Below are positions 54,468 through 62,912 of a stretch of 64,000 nucleotides of DNA, one piece after another. This DNA is from an uncultured delta proteobacterium (GTDB lineage: Bacteria; Myxococcota_A; Polyangia; Polyangiales; Polyangiaceae). Each line of letters begins with the position of its first letter. Positions within the stretch are counted from its first letter, which is position 1. Location of the stretch: assembly GCA_963716725.1 (NCBI GenBank), contig CAVQUB010000002.1:1-64000 (forward strand), in the 5' to 3' direction. Both the position numbers and the translations under genes were made by a program. Below the pieces are notes generated by a model. The model had not been told where the DNA came from. It worked only from the letters and a program-made list of their open reading frames with translations, and ran no database searches.

Positions 54468-55487
54468 ATGTCCAACATCGTAGAGACCCACAAGCTCACC
54501 AAGAAGGACTTCGAGTCGGACCAGGACGTGCGCTGGTGCCCCGGCTGCGGCGACTACTCGATCTTGGCCAACGTGCAGCGCGTGATGCCCGAGTTGGGCG
54601 TCGCGCCAGAGAACGTGGTCTGGATCAGCGGCATCGGCTGCTCGAGCCGCTTCCCCTACTACATGAACACCTACGGGTTTCACACCATCCACGGCCGGGC
54701 TCCCGCCATCGCCATGGGCGTCAAGGTCGCGAACCCGGACCTGAGCGTGTGGTTGGTCACGGGCGACGGAGACGGGCTCTCCATCGGCGGCAACCACCTG
54801 CTGCACGCCTTGCGCCGAAACGTCGACATCAAGATCCTGCTCTTCAACAACCGCATCTACGGCTTGACCAAGGGCCAGTACTCGCCGACCAGCGAGCTCG
54901 GCAAGCAGACCAAGAGCACTCCCACCGGTGTGCCGGACTACCCGGTCGATCCGGCCTCCTTCGCCATCGGCTGCTCGGCCACCTTCGTGGCGCGCTCCGT
55001 CGACACCGACGCCAAGCACTTGAACGAAGTGCTGCTCCGAGCCGCAAAGCACTCGGGCACCGCCTTCGTGGAGATCTACCAGAACTGCGTGGTCTTCAAC
55101 GACGCCGCCTTCGACGCCTTCACGGACAAAGCCAACAAGGACGAACACCAGATCCGGGCGGCGCACGGCCAGCCGCTGATCTTCGGCGCCCAGAAGAACA
55201 AGGGGCTGCGCATCGACCCCCGGACGCTCGGACTCGCGGTGGCAACCATCGGCGAAGACGGCGTCACCGAGGCGGACATCCTGGTCCACGACGAGAACAA
55301 CGCGACGCTGGCGTACATGCTCGCGCGCATGCCCTTCCCCCAGTTCCCGGTGGCGGTCGGCGTGCTCTACGCCACCGAGCGCCCCACCTATGGGTCCATG
55401 GTCCGCGATCAAATCACGCAGGCCAAGGCCAAGACCAAGGTGGATCTGCAGCAGCTCCTGGCGTCGGGAAATACCTGGACGGTCTGA
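54468..55487 (+). CDS. korB: 2-oxoacid:ferredoxin oxidoreductase beta subunit
   Basis: WCPGCGD, SGIGCSSR, HGRA, GDGD..SIGGNH, YGLTKGQYSPT. Confidence 0.94.
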   Translation: MSNIVETHKLTKKDFESDQDVRWCPGCGDYSILANVQRVMPELGVAPENVVWISGIGCSSRFPYYMNTYGFHTIHGRAPAIAMGVKVANPDLSVWLVTGDGDGLSIGGNHLLHALRRNVDIKILLFNNRIYGLTKGQYSPTSELGKQTKSTPTGVPDYPVDPASFAIGCSATFVARSVDTDAKHLNEVLLRAAKHSGTAFVEIYQNCVVFNDAAFDAFTDKANKDEHQIRAAHGQPLIFGAQKNKGLRIDPRTLGLAVATIGEDGVTEADILVHDENNATLAYMLARMPFPQFPVAVGVLYATERPTYGSMVRDQITQAKAKTKVDLQQLLASGNTWTV

Positions 55488-55567
55488 AGCGAAGCTCGCC
55501 GCGGCCTGAAGGCGCTGAAGCGCGCTGAGGCCCGGGGACTCGGCGCGGTCAGGGCTTTCGCAGCGCG

Positions 55568-55885
55568 CTACTCCGCGCAGGCTTTGGCGATCGACACGCA
55601 ATTGCCCGCGCCAGCGCCCACCGCCAGGTAGCAGGCTTCACAGTCCTGTGGGCTGCCAATGCCCGAGCACGCCGGGGTCGTGGTCACCGGAAGGCCCATG
55701 GACTCGGCGGACTTCGCCGCACACTGGGTCTCCGATGCGGTAGCGGTCGGTTGCAGCGCGCAGAGGGACTTGCAGTCCGAGACGCTGTCTGCGCGGGAGT
55801 TGGCGTCGTCGTCCGAGGAGCAACCGCAGGCAGCGATCGCAGTCGAAGCAAGCAGCGCGGCGATGAGAGCGTGTTTGAGTTTCAT
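55568..55885 (-). CDS. Small Cys-rich lipoprotein
   Basis: AAGGAAGG RBS; MKLKHALIAALLASTAIAAC lipobox; about 9 further Cys. Confidence 0.7.
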   Translation of the reverse strand: MKLKHALIAALLASTAIAACGCSSDDDANSRADSVSDCKSLCALQPTATASETQCAAKSAESMGLPVTTTPACSGIGSPQDCEACYLAVGAGAGNCVSIAKACAE

Positions 55886-55922
55886 GGTGGACCCTTCCTT
55901 TCGAGCCATTGCTGCGTGCTCC

Positions 55923-55938
55923 AGCAAGGCTCGCGCCA
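55923..55938 (-). promoter_or_regulatory. Putative sigma-54 (-24/-12) promoter
   Basis: TGGCGCGAGCCTTGCT (GG-N10-GC) about 40 bp upstream of the lipoprotein ATG. Confidence 0.6.
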
Positions 55939-56183
55939 CCGGGGAAAATCCGCGTTTGAGGGGGAAAAGCCCGGCGTGAGGCCGCCCGATGGACGGGCGC
56001 CGCCCACCGCCGCTGGCCGCTGGCAGGGCGCCGCCCGCCAACGATGAGTTGGGCCCGAGGCGCCGTCCGGAGTGCCTGGGGGAGGCTCCCGTGCGCCCTG
56101 GAGTGATCCGCTGCTCCGCTTGGGGGAGGATGAAGCGCGGCGTCGCTCACGCGGGAAGTGCGCGTGGTGCTCGACTCGAGCGC

Positions 56184-56350
56184 TCAGGCTCCGCACTTGA
56201 CGCGCATCGGCCCCGTATTGGTGCAAAAGGCAGCGCCGCCGGCGCAGGGCGGCGTGAAGGGGCAGGCGCACGCATCGGCGCTCGCGCAGATCGTCTGCAA
56301 GCAGTGCGCGCTGCCGTCCGCGGCGGTGGCGCGACCGAGGCGTATGCCAT
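56184..56350 (-). pseudogene. Cys-rich peptide ORF lacking an in-frame start (frameshifted or 5'-deleted gene)
   Basis: GC3-rich frame ..DGSAHCLQTICASADACACPFTPPCAGGAAFCTNTGPMRVKCGA*; ATG at 56350 is out of frame. Confidence 0.4.
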
Positions 56351-56362
56351 GCGTGCTGACCC

Positions 56363-56378
56363 AGCAACGCTCGTGCCA
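56363..56378 (-). promoter_or_regulatory. Putative sigma-54 (-24/-12) promoter, consensus match
   Basis: TGGCACGAGCGTTGCT matches TGGCACG-N4-TTGCW. Confidence 0.65.
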
Positions 56379-56513
56379 ATTAGCACCCCAACGAGAGCTG
56401 AGCCGAATTCCCGTGGTTCTGCCGGCGCCCGGTGGTCAAGAGCGGACCGACGCGGCGTCCACCGCGACGAGATCGTCCTAGGCGTGGCCTGCTCTGTGCC
56501 GACACGGCCAGCG

Positions 56514-58697
56514 TCACTGGAACTTCTGACCTGGATTCGGCTGGCCGGGCGTGGCGGTCGCGCCAGCGTCCCAGCTGAACGCCGAAGCTTCGCGTCCCGT
56601 TCCCTTCAGCGAAAGCGAGGTGCCCACCGCCAAGGTCGAGAGCTGCGAGACGCCGATGTCCGTCGAGGCGAGACCGATCGCCGGGCCATTGGTGGGCTTG
56701 AACGCGCCTTCGTAGGAGAGGAACTGCAAGACCTTGCCCTGGGCATCGACCAGCGCCACGCCGTCGGGCTCACCGGCGCCGTCGACGCCGCCATTTTGCA
56801 GACCCGCGACGGGCCACCAAACGACGCCGAACCCTGCCTGCTGATTCGGCAGCTTGCCTTCGAGCGAGACGCTCTTGTAGGTCCGGAGCTGTCCGGGCTT
56901 GCCGTTGTAAAAAACCAGGCTGAAACCGGTCAGATCCGCGCCCGCCGTGCCCGCGAGCTCGACGCCTTCCCCGACGTCGGTGCCGGCGTTCTCGTAGTTG
57001 ATCTCGTTGACCCAGACCACCGGCCCCGCGGGCGGCGCCGCACCGCAAGAGAGCGTCGTCGGAGCGCAGGCTTTGGTCGTGATCGTGTCACTGAAGCGAA
57101 TGTCGAAGCAGTTGTAGCCCGTGGGGCAGTCGTTGTTGGTTTCGCACTTCGTCGCGCAGTGCTTGCTGCCTCCACCGTAGTCCACACACTGCGAGTCGAA
57201 CCCACCGCACTCGCTCGCCGCCGCGCAGGGCTCACAGAGCTTGGAGAAGTCCGCGAAGGGGTTCACCCGTGAGTTGTCGTCGATGCCGTGAACCCCGTAG
57301 AGCGGGGTCATCCAATACTCGGCGTTCAAGTTGCGCAGGATTTCTCCGAACATCTTCGGCTTCAGCTGACCCGCCGCATCCTGGTTGATGACGGCGTCGA
57401 GCAGCACCTTGCTGGTTCGCCCTTTGCCAGCCGCGTTCGAGAAGCTCGTGGTCGTGATCACGTCGAGGTCGACGCGCCCTTGCTTGACCGGGTTCTCGTA
57501 GAGCGAGTCGGCGACCATGTAAGTGTCGCAGCCGCTGGCGAGCACGACCTGGTAGAAGTTCTCCGGAATGCTCAGGCCAGGCAGCTCCGTGTCGTCGAGC
57601 TCACCGGTGACGGTCTGGTTCCAATCCGACATCGAAAAGCCGTAAAGCGGGCCAGCGTGGCCTTCGTAGATCATGATCTGCCGCTCGCCGAAGGCCTTGA
57701 TCATCGAGGCCTTCATCTGCCCCGCAAAGGCTTCTTTGGCTGGATCGCCCTGTCCCGGGTGAACCAAGAGCACTGCCACGGCCACGTCCTTGCCGTTCAC
57801 CTTGATGGTCTTGGTGAACTCGCCGGAGTCGACCTTCAGCTCTTCGTAGCTGCCGACGGGGCTCTTGAAGCCTTTGTCTTGGGTCAGCCAACGGTAGAGT
57901 TCCTTGGCGGTCTGCAGGTCGAAGCGCCCGTCGTTGTAGTCCCAGCCGACGAAGATCCCGATCCGGAGCGCGCCACCCGCCTTGGCCAACTGATCGGGTG
58001 AAAACAGCTTCGCGTACTCGAGGTAGGCGTCGTTCGAGCGCGGGTAGGGCTTGATGGTGAGAGCGAGGGGCTCTTTGTCGCCCGTGTAGGTGCCCGGGTC
58101 ATAGGCGTTGAACGGTGCCTTGCGATACCACTCGCTACCAGTCGTGAGCTGACTCAGCGTCGAGTTCGGAAGCACCGGCACGTCGAGGCTGAAGCATTTG
58201 TCTTCGCCGCAAGCTTGGGTTGGGATTTGCTTCAACAGATCGAGGGGGCCCGAGAGCTCGCTGGTGAAGCGATAGCTGAACTTGCCGTCCTGGTCCGGCT
58301 CGGAGATCTCGAGCGCCTCGTAGCTCTCGGGCCGCGTCATGGCAGTGAAGCCGCCCCAGTCCTGGTTCGCGGCATCGTGCTTCGCGATCACGTACTGGTT
58401 CAAGAACCACGCGATGGAGAAGTTCTTCAAGGTGATCGACTCGAGCGAGCACAGCTTCTGCGCGTCGGGCTCGCCGGCGTGGCGAGTGAGACAAGCCGGG
58501 TCAATGCTCGCGAGGCTCGTGCCGGTGACCGTGTACTCCTGGGCGTTGGTGCTGAAGTAGTTGTCGGCCTTGCCCGGCGGCACGATGGTGCCGGTCTTGT
58601 CGGCGGCGCCGCCTTCGGGGGTGTCGCCGCCAGAAGAGCAGCCGACCAGGGCAGCGAGCAGGGTGAGCGTAGCGGCACGACCGATCGACAGCTTCAT
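56514..58697 (-). CDS. Lipoprotein with putative His-Cys protease-like domain, Cys-rich linker and C-terminal lamin-tail-like domain
   Basis: Lipobox LVGC; GKAD motif; YEGHAG..LASGCDTY; VWVNEINYEN.G.D.GEGVELAG..QFLSYEG. Confidence 0.7.
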   Translation of the reverse strand: MKLSIGRAATLTLLAALVGCSSGGDTPEGGAADKTGTIVPPGKADNYFSTNAQEYTVTGTSLASIDPACLTRHAGEPDAQKLCSLESITLKNFSIAWFLNQYVIAKHDAANQDWGGFTAMTRPESYEALEISEPDQDGKFSYRFTSELSGPLDLLKQIPTQACGEDKCFSLDVPVLPNSTLSQLTTGSEWYRKAPFNAYDPGTYTGDKEPLALTIKPYPRSNDAYLEYAKLFSPDQLAKAGGALRIGIFVGWDYNDGRFDLQTAKELYRWLTQDKGFKSPVGSYEELKVDSGEFTKTIKVNGKDVAVAVLLVHPGQGDPAKEAFAGQMKASMIKAFGERQIMIYEGHAGPLYGFSMSDWNQTVTGELDDTELPGLSIPENFYQVVLASGCDTYMVADSLYENPVKQGRVDLDVITTTSFSNAAGKGRTSKVLLDAVINQDAAGQLKPKMFGEILRNLNAEYWMTPLYGVHGIDDNSRVNPFADFSKLCEPCAAASECGGFDSQCVDYGGGSKHCATKCETNNDCPTGYNCFDIRFSDTITTKACAPTTLSCGAAPPAGPVVWVNEINYENAGTDVGEGVELAGTAGADLTGFSLVFYNGKPGQLRTYKSVSLEGKLPNQQAGFGVVWWPVAGLQNGGVDGAGEPDGVALVDAQGKVLQFLSYEGAFKPTNGPAIGLASTDIGVSQLSTLAVGTSLSLKGTGREASAFSWDAGATATPGQPNPGQKFQ

Positions 58698-58949
58698 GGA
58701 AATCCTCCGAGGGGCACGAGCACGCCGTGATACGGCCCAGCAACTTCGACTCTTCCATGCCAACGGCAGCGTGACCACCCCAAGTCACGGATCCAAGTGC
58801 GCCCGCCAAGACTTCCAGTGGCTCGGGTCGAGAGCGCTCCTTCACTCGAAATGGTCCCCGCCTTCCGCCCAAAAGTTCGCGGAGGGGAAGACGACGCGGC
58901 CGCGCTCGAGGCCGACCAGGGCCCCGACGCTTTGGGGTATGGTTCGACC

Positions 58950-59693
58950 ATGAGCCACCTGCGTCGTTGGGCCACCATTGGCGCCATGTTCACGACGGTG
59001 GGTTGCTCCGAGCCCTTCGAGTCAGCATCCATGCCGGACGCCGCGGCCGCAGGCGCCGGTGGCGGTGGAACCGGTGGCGGTGGAACCGGTGGCGGTGGAA
59101 CCGGTGGCGGTGGAACCGGTGGCGGCGGAACCGGTGGCGGTGCGCCGTTGGCCTGCGGCACATTCAACGACGAATTTGGGGCGAATGGACCGCTCGACGC
59201 GAACAACTGGCTCGTGAAGAACCCGAACGCGAAGGTCTACCAGGAAGCCGGGGAGCTACACATCGAACCGCCGTCTTCGGGGCAGCCATCGCACAGCTAC
59301 GCGCTCTCGAACCCGGAGCTCGACCTCCGAGCGTGCAGCATCGAGGTCGAAGTTCTCTCGGTGGTCGCCGGTTCCCCAAACGACAGCACCTACCTTGGCA
59401 TCGGCATGGGCGCGACGGTTTGGCGGGCGTTGCGGGTCGAAGACGGGATGTTGGTCACGAACGCAGGATCGAGCCAAATCTTCAATTCCGTAAGCCAGAA
59501 GCGTTGGCGTGTGCGCAGCTCCGGCGGCACGACCCACCTAGAAACCTCCGACGGCGGCTCGTGGTTGGAAGTCGAAACGCTACCGACGCCGTCCGGATTT
59601 GCAAAGGCGCGCATCGGCCTGGGCGTCGAAGTCACGGCGGGAGCGGGCGCCGGCTTCAAGCGCGCCGCGTTCGAGTACCTGCGGACGAACTGA
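58950..59693 (+). CDS. Gly-rich linker lipoprotein with beta-sandwich (lectin-like) domain
   Basis: Lipobox TVGC; GGGGT repeats; FNDEF..W beta-rich domain. Confidence 0.65.
   Translation: MSHLRRWATIGAMFTTVGCSEPFESASMPDAAAAGAGGGGTGGGGTGGGGTGGGGTGGGGTGGGAPLACGTFNDEFGANGPLDANNWLVKNPNAKVYQEAGELHIEPPSSGQPSHSYALSNPELDLRACSIEVEVLSVVAGSPNDSTYLGIGMGATVWRALRVEDGMLVTNAGSSQIFNSVSQKRWRVRSSGGTTHLETSDGGSWLEVETLPTPSGFAKARIGLGVEVTAGAGAGFKRAAFEYLRTN
59056..59141. repeat. About 5.7 x 15-bp tandem repeat (ccggtggcggtggaa)
   Basis: Directly visible in the sequence. Confidence 0.9.
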
Positions 59694-59787
59694 CGGGCAG
59701 CGTCCCGGGTCGCTGAGCGCGACCGTCGACGGTGGGCGCCAGGCAATCTGGCGGTTCCACGCCACGCGAGGTAGCCTCCGTTCTTCC

Positions 59788-60255
59788 ATGCGCAGCCTGC
59801 TCGCCGCAGTACTGGGCGCCGCTCTGGCGGCAGCCTGTTCGACGGCCCAGCCGCCCGCGTCGGCCCCGGTGCGCGGCACGCCCAATGCCCCACCCGCCGC
59901 GAACGGCAACGCGAACGGCAACGGCAACGCCCCCGCTCCGCTGCCAAACGCCCAGCCATCAGCACCCTCCGGGCCTGCCGCTGCCGACGCCCCGCCGGCC
60001 GAGCTGGTCCTCTCCGCAGACGGGGGCCGGGGCCGCTACGCTGATCTCGAGATCAGCGTGGTGAACGTCACCGAGAAGTGGACCATGGAGGGCTCGAGCA
60101 TGATGCGGGTGACGTTGCGGCTGGTTCTGCCCGGCGGGGACGAGACGTTGCAGATCACTTCGGACGAACCGATCCGAGAGTGGAAGGGTTACGTGCTGGA
60201 GTACCGAGGCGGCTGGCGCAAGGAGGTACAGCTCTTGGTGCGCCGACGTCCGTGA
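59788..60255 (+). CDS. Hypothetical lipoprotein
   Basis: MRSLLAAVLGAALAAAC lipobox; Pro/Asn-Gly-rich linker; small beta domain. Confidence 0.65.
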   Translation: MRSLLAAVLGAALAAACSTAQPPASAPVRGTPNAPPAANGNANGNGNAPAPLPNAQPSAPSGPAAADAPPAELVLSADGGRGRYADLEISVVNVTEKWTMEGSSMMRVTLRLVLPGGDETLQITSDEPIREWKGYVLEYRGGWRKEVQLLVRRRP

Positions 60256-60479
60256 TCCGCCGCGTGCCGGCGGCGGGCGCAGACCGCCTCACGCGAGCTG
60301 CAGCCGCTTCAACGAGCTGCCAGAGTCCCTCGGCTCGGAGGAGAGCAAGGCGCGCCGCGGACGGCTTCGGCGGCAGCCTCCGTGGCCACGGCTCCCGCTT
60401 CGACCAGCGGCGCGCACGTGTCGGCAGCGCGATTCCACACCCGGACCGGGTGCTCCCTTGGGACGGCGCCAGCGCGAGA

Positions 60480-61111
60480 CACATGGGCACGGGCACCAGT
60501 GACTTCTGAGCGCGTGGAGGATTTGACCTTCGTCTACAACATCGTGCGGCACACGGCCTCGGGCATCAACTTGGCAGGCGAAGACAACAACCACCCGAGC
60601 CAACAACAGCAGCGCATCGTGATTCAGAACAACCTGTTCGACGACGTGAACCGAGACGTCTGGGGCGGTGACGGTCGCGTCTTTCAGCTCATCGCGCCGG
60701 CCAAGCCCAGCCTAAAGGTGAAGATCGATCACAACACCGCCGGGCAACGCCTTCCTGGTCATGGGAGACAGCGTCGTCGTCTCCCTGGGCGCGCGCTTCA
60801 CCAACAACATCGTCATCAAGGGCGACTACGGGGCGTTCGGCTCCGGGAAGGGAGAGGGAACCGGCGCGTTGAGCTTCTTCATGCCGGACGCCGTCTTCGC
60901 CAACAACGCCATCGTCGGAGCGCTCGCTGGGAGCTACCCAACTGGCAATCACTTTCCGGCAACCGTGGCCGAGGTGGGGTTCAAGGACGCGGCAGCTGGC
61001 GAGTATTCTTTGCTCGCGTCGAGCAGCTACAAAGGCAAAGGCAGTGACGGCAAGGACCTGGGAGCCGACCTGGCGGGGATCACCGCGGCGGTAGCCGGTG
61101 TCGTCAAATGA
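60480..61111 (+). pseudogene. 5'-truncated right-handed beta-helix (pectin-lyase-like) protein fragment; frameshift near 60742
   Basis: VEDLTFVYNIVRH..IQNNLF..IDHNT / FTNNI..FANNAIVG..YSL..SS.YKG.GSDGKDLGAD; no credible start or signal peptide. Confidence 0.55.
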
Positions 61112-61172
61112 CAGAACCGGATCTGAACGCCGGTGGCGTGCGGGACGAGGACCGTGGCTGCGCGGAGCCGCG

Positions 61173-61913
61173 CTAGCGGCCGCCGCCGCAGGCGCCGGCG
61201 CCGGGTATGCACGCGCCCTTCACGCACAAGGTGTGAGCAGTCTGGTCGCACTCGTCGCTGGCGCTGCAATCGTCTTCCTCGGATTGGCAGCCAAACGCCA
61301 TCGCCAGGGAGTTTTGAGGGTCCCCACCGCAGCTGCTGACGAGGCGCGCGGTGCACAGCGCCGCGCCGGGGCAGTCGTCGTCGATCTTGCAGCTTGCCGG
61401 CACGCACACACCCGCGGGCGCGGATTCATGACAAGCGCAGAGTTGGTCGGCGCCGCAATCCGCGTCCGTCTCACAACCATACTGGCAGGCGACGATCGCG
61501 AAGTGGTCGCCAACGGGGCGGCCGCACCAGCCGTAAGGCTTTGCCAGACAGTCGAGATCCGTTTCGCACTCCGTGGTCTTGTCCCCCGCCACGACCCCTG
61601 GGCGGGGTACTCGGCTTGGACATTCTCCGGCAGCTTTGCGATGGAGAAACTTTCCGTCACACCCCACCAGACCCGTGTCCGAACCACCCACCACGACCGG
61701 CGTGGGATTGTCGCACTCTCCGGGCGGTCGCTTGCCAGGCGTGCCGCCGGAACTCGGCGCCCCCCCCGTGTTCGCCGTACCCCCAGAACCTCCGCCGCTG
61801 GCGTCATTCCGGCTCTCCCCGCCACAGGCGCCAGCCAGGGTCGTTGCAATCACCAGGGCCGCCTCAGGACGCAGGAGGCAGCGCGCGATGCGGGCGATGG
61901 AGAGGTGTGCCAT
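61173..61913 (-). CDS. Cys-rich lipoprotein
   Basis: Lipobox LAGAC; Gly linker; repeated C..D.DC units; ends GACGGGR. Confidence 0.7.
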   Translation of the reverse strand: MAHLSIARIARCLLRPEAALVIATTLAGACGGESRNDASGGGSGGTANTGGAPSSGGTPGKRPPGECDNPTPVVVGGSDTGLVGCDGKFLHRKAAGECPSRVPRPGVVAGDKTTECETDLDCLAKPYGWCGRPVGDHFAIVACQYGCETDADCGADQLCACHESAPAGVCVPASCKIDDDCPGAALCTARLVSSCGGDPQNSLAMAFGCQSEEDDCSASDECDQTAHTLCVKGACIPGAGACGGGR

Positions 61914-62136
61914 GCCAATCAATCCAGCAACGCGCATGCCATTCGCGGTCGCGACCTGCACCGACCTGGATTCTGCCAGGTCTCCCGGTGCATTCGGCGC
62001 GCGCAGCGGCCCGTCGCCCCGTCCACCGCGACACGAGCGTCCTAGGGACGGCCGGCTTTGTGCCGACAAGGCCGGCAATCTGGGGGCCTGGCCCGACCGG
62101 TTGCTTCGCGCGCGCCCGCCCACACGCTGTTCCCCC

Positions 62137-62355
62137 TCACCAGCCCAGACGCACCGAGGCCACCAGTGCGAGCACGAGCAGGGCGGCGATGACCAGCATC
62201 AGGAGCGGGCCACCGATGAAGTAGGGGTAGACCAGCATCACGATGCCGACGCCCATATGAGGCAGGCGCGACTGCCGCTTGCCGTAGACGAAGAGCACCA
62301 TGCCGATGGAGCTCACGAGCAACGAAGCGAGCAGAAAGTTTGCGTCGAGGCTCAC
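62137..62355 (-). CDS. Small membrane protein
   Basis: SLLVSSIG..LFVYGKRQ.R.P..G..MLVYPYF conserved-looking pattern; 3 TMs. Confidence 0.7.
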   Translation of the reverse strand: MSLDANFLLASLLVSSIGMVLFVYGKRQSRLPHMGVGIVMLVYPYFIGGPLLMLVIAALLVLALVASVRLGW

Positions 62356-62495
62356 CCCGCCAGTCTAGCTTTCCCGCTCTGCTGACGCTGCTTCCTTGGG
62401 TCAGGGGCCTCGCTGCAACTCTGGCACCGCCGCCTGCTAGGACACCGCTGCCAGATCGTTCCCGGCGACTCTGGTGTCAATCTGTTGGCGCGCGC

Positions 62496-62876
62496 TCAGT
62501 CTTGGCTGGCGTCGCTCGCCGCGTCGGAGACGGCGTCATCCGAGGCATCGCTCGCGCCGCCGCTGCCGCCGGGGCCCGCGCCGTCCGAGCCGCCGCTGCC
62601 GCCGGGGCCCGCGCCGTCCGAGCCGCCGCTGCCGCCGCTGCCGCCGGGGCCCGCGCCGTCCGAGCCGGAGGTGCCGCCGCTGCCGCCGGGGAACGCGCCG
62701 TCCGCGCCGCCGCTACCGCCGCTACCGCCGGGGCCGGCGGCGTCTGCGCCCGAGTAGCCGCCGCCCCCAACCGCAGCGCTCTTCTCGTCGCTTTCGTCGT
62801 CCCCGCAAGCCACCGGCAGTCCGACAACGAACAGTCCGACCAAGGTGGCGACTCTGAGCGTGCTCTCTGCCGACAT
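62496..62876 (-). CDS. Gly/Ser/Asp-rich low-complexity lipoprotein
   Basis: Lipobox PVAC; DGAGPGGSGGS repeats; DASD tail. Confidence 0.6.
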   Translation of the reverse strand: MSAESTLRVATLVGLFVVGLPVACGDDESDEKSAAVGGGGYSGADAAGPGGSGGSGGADGAFPGGSGGTSGSDGAGPGGSGGSGGSDGAGPGGSGGSDGAGPGGSGGASDASDDAVSDAASDASQD

Positions 62877-62912
62877 GAATTTCCAATATCGTCGCAGGCT
62901 CGCTCGGGCCTG

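Noticed and set aside
59899..59930. NGNANGNGN stretch as isoAsp-forming substrate of the PIMT fusion
   Set aside because: It is 20 kb away, in an exported lipoprotein linker; the link is purely speculative
62040..62430. Additional GG-N10-GC sigma-54-like matches
   Set aside because: Poor match to TGGCAC/TTGC and expected by chance at this GC content
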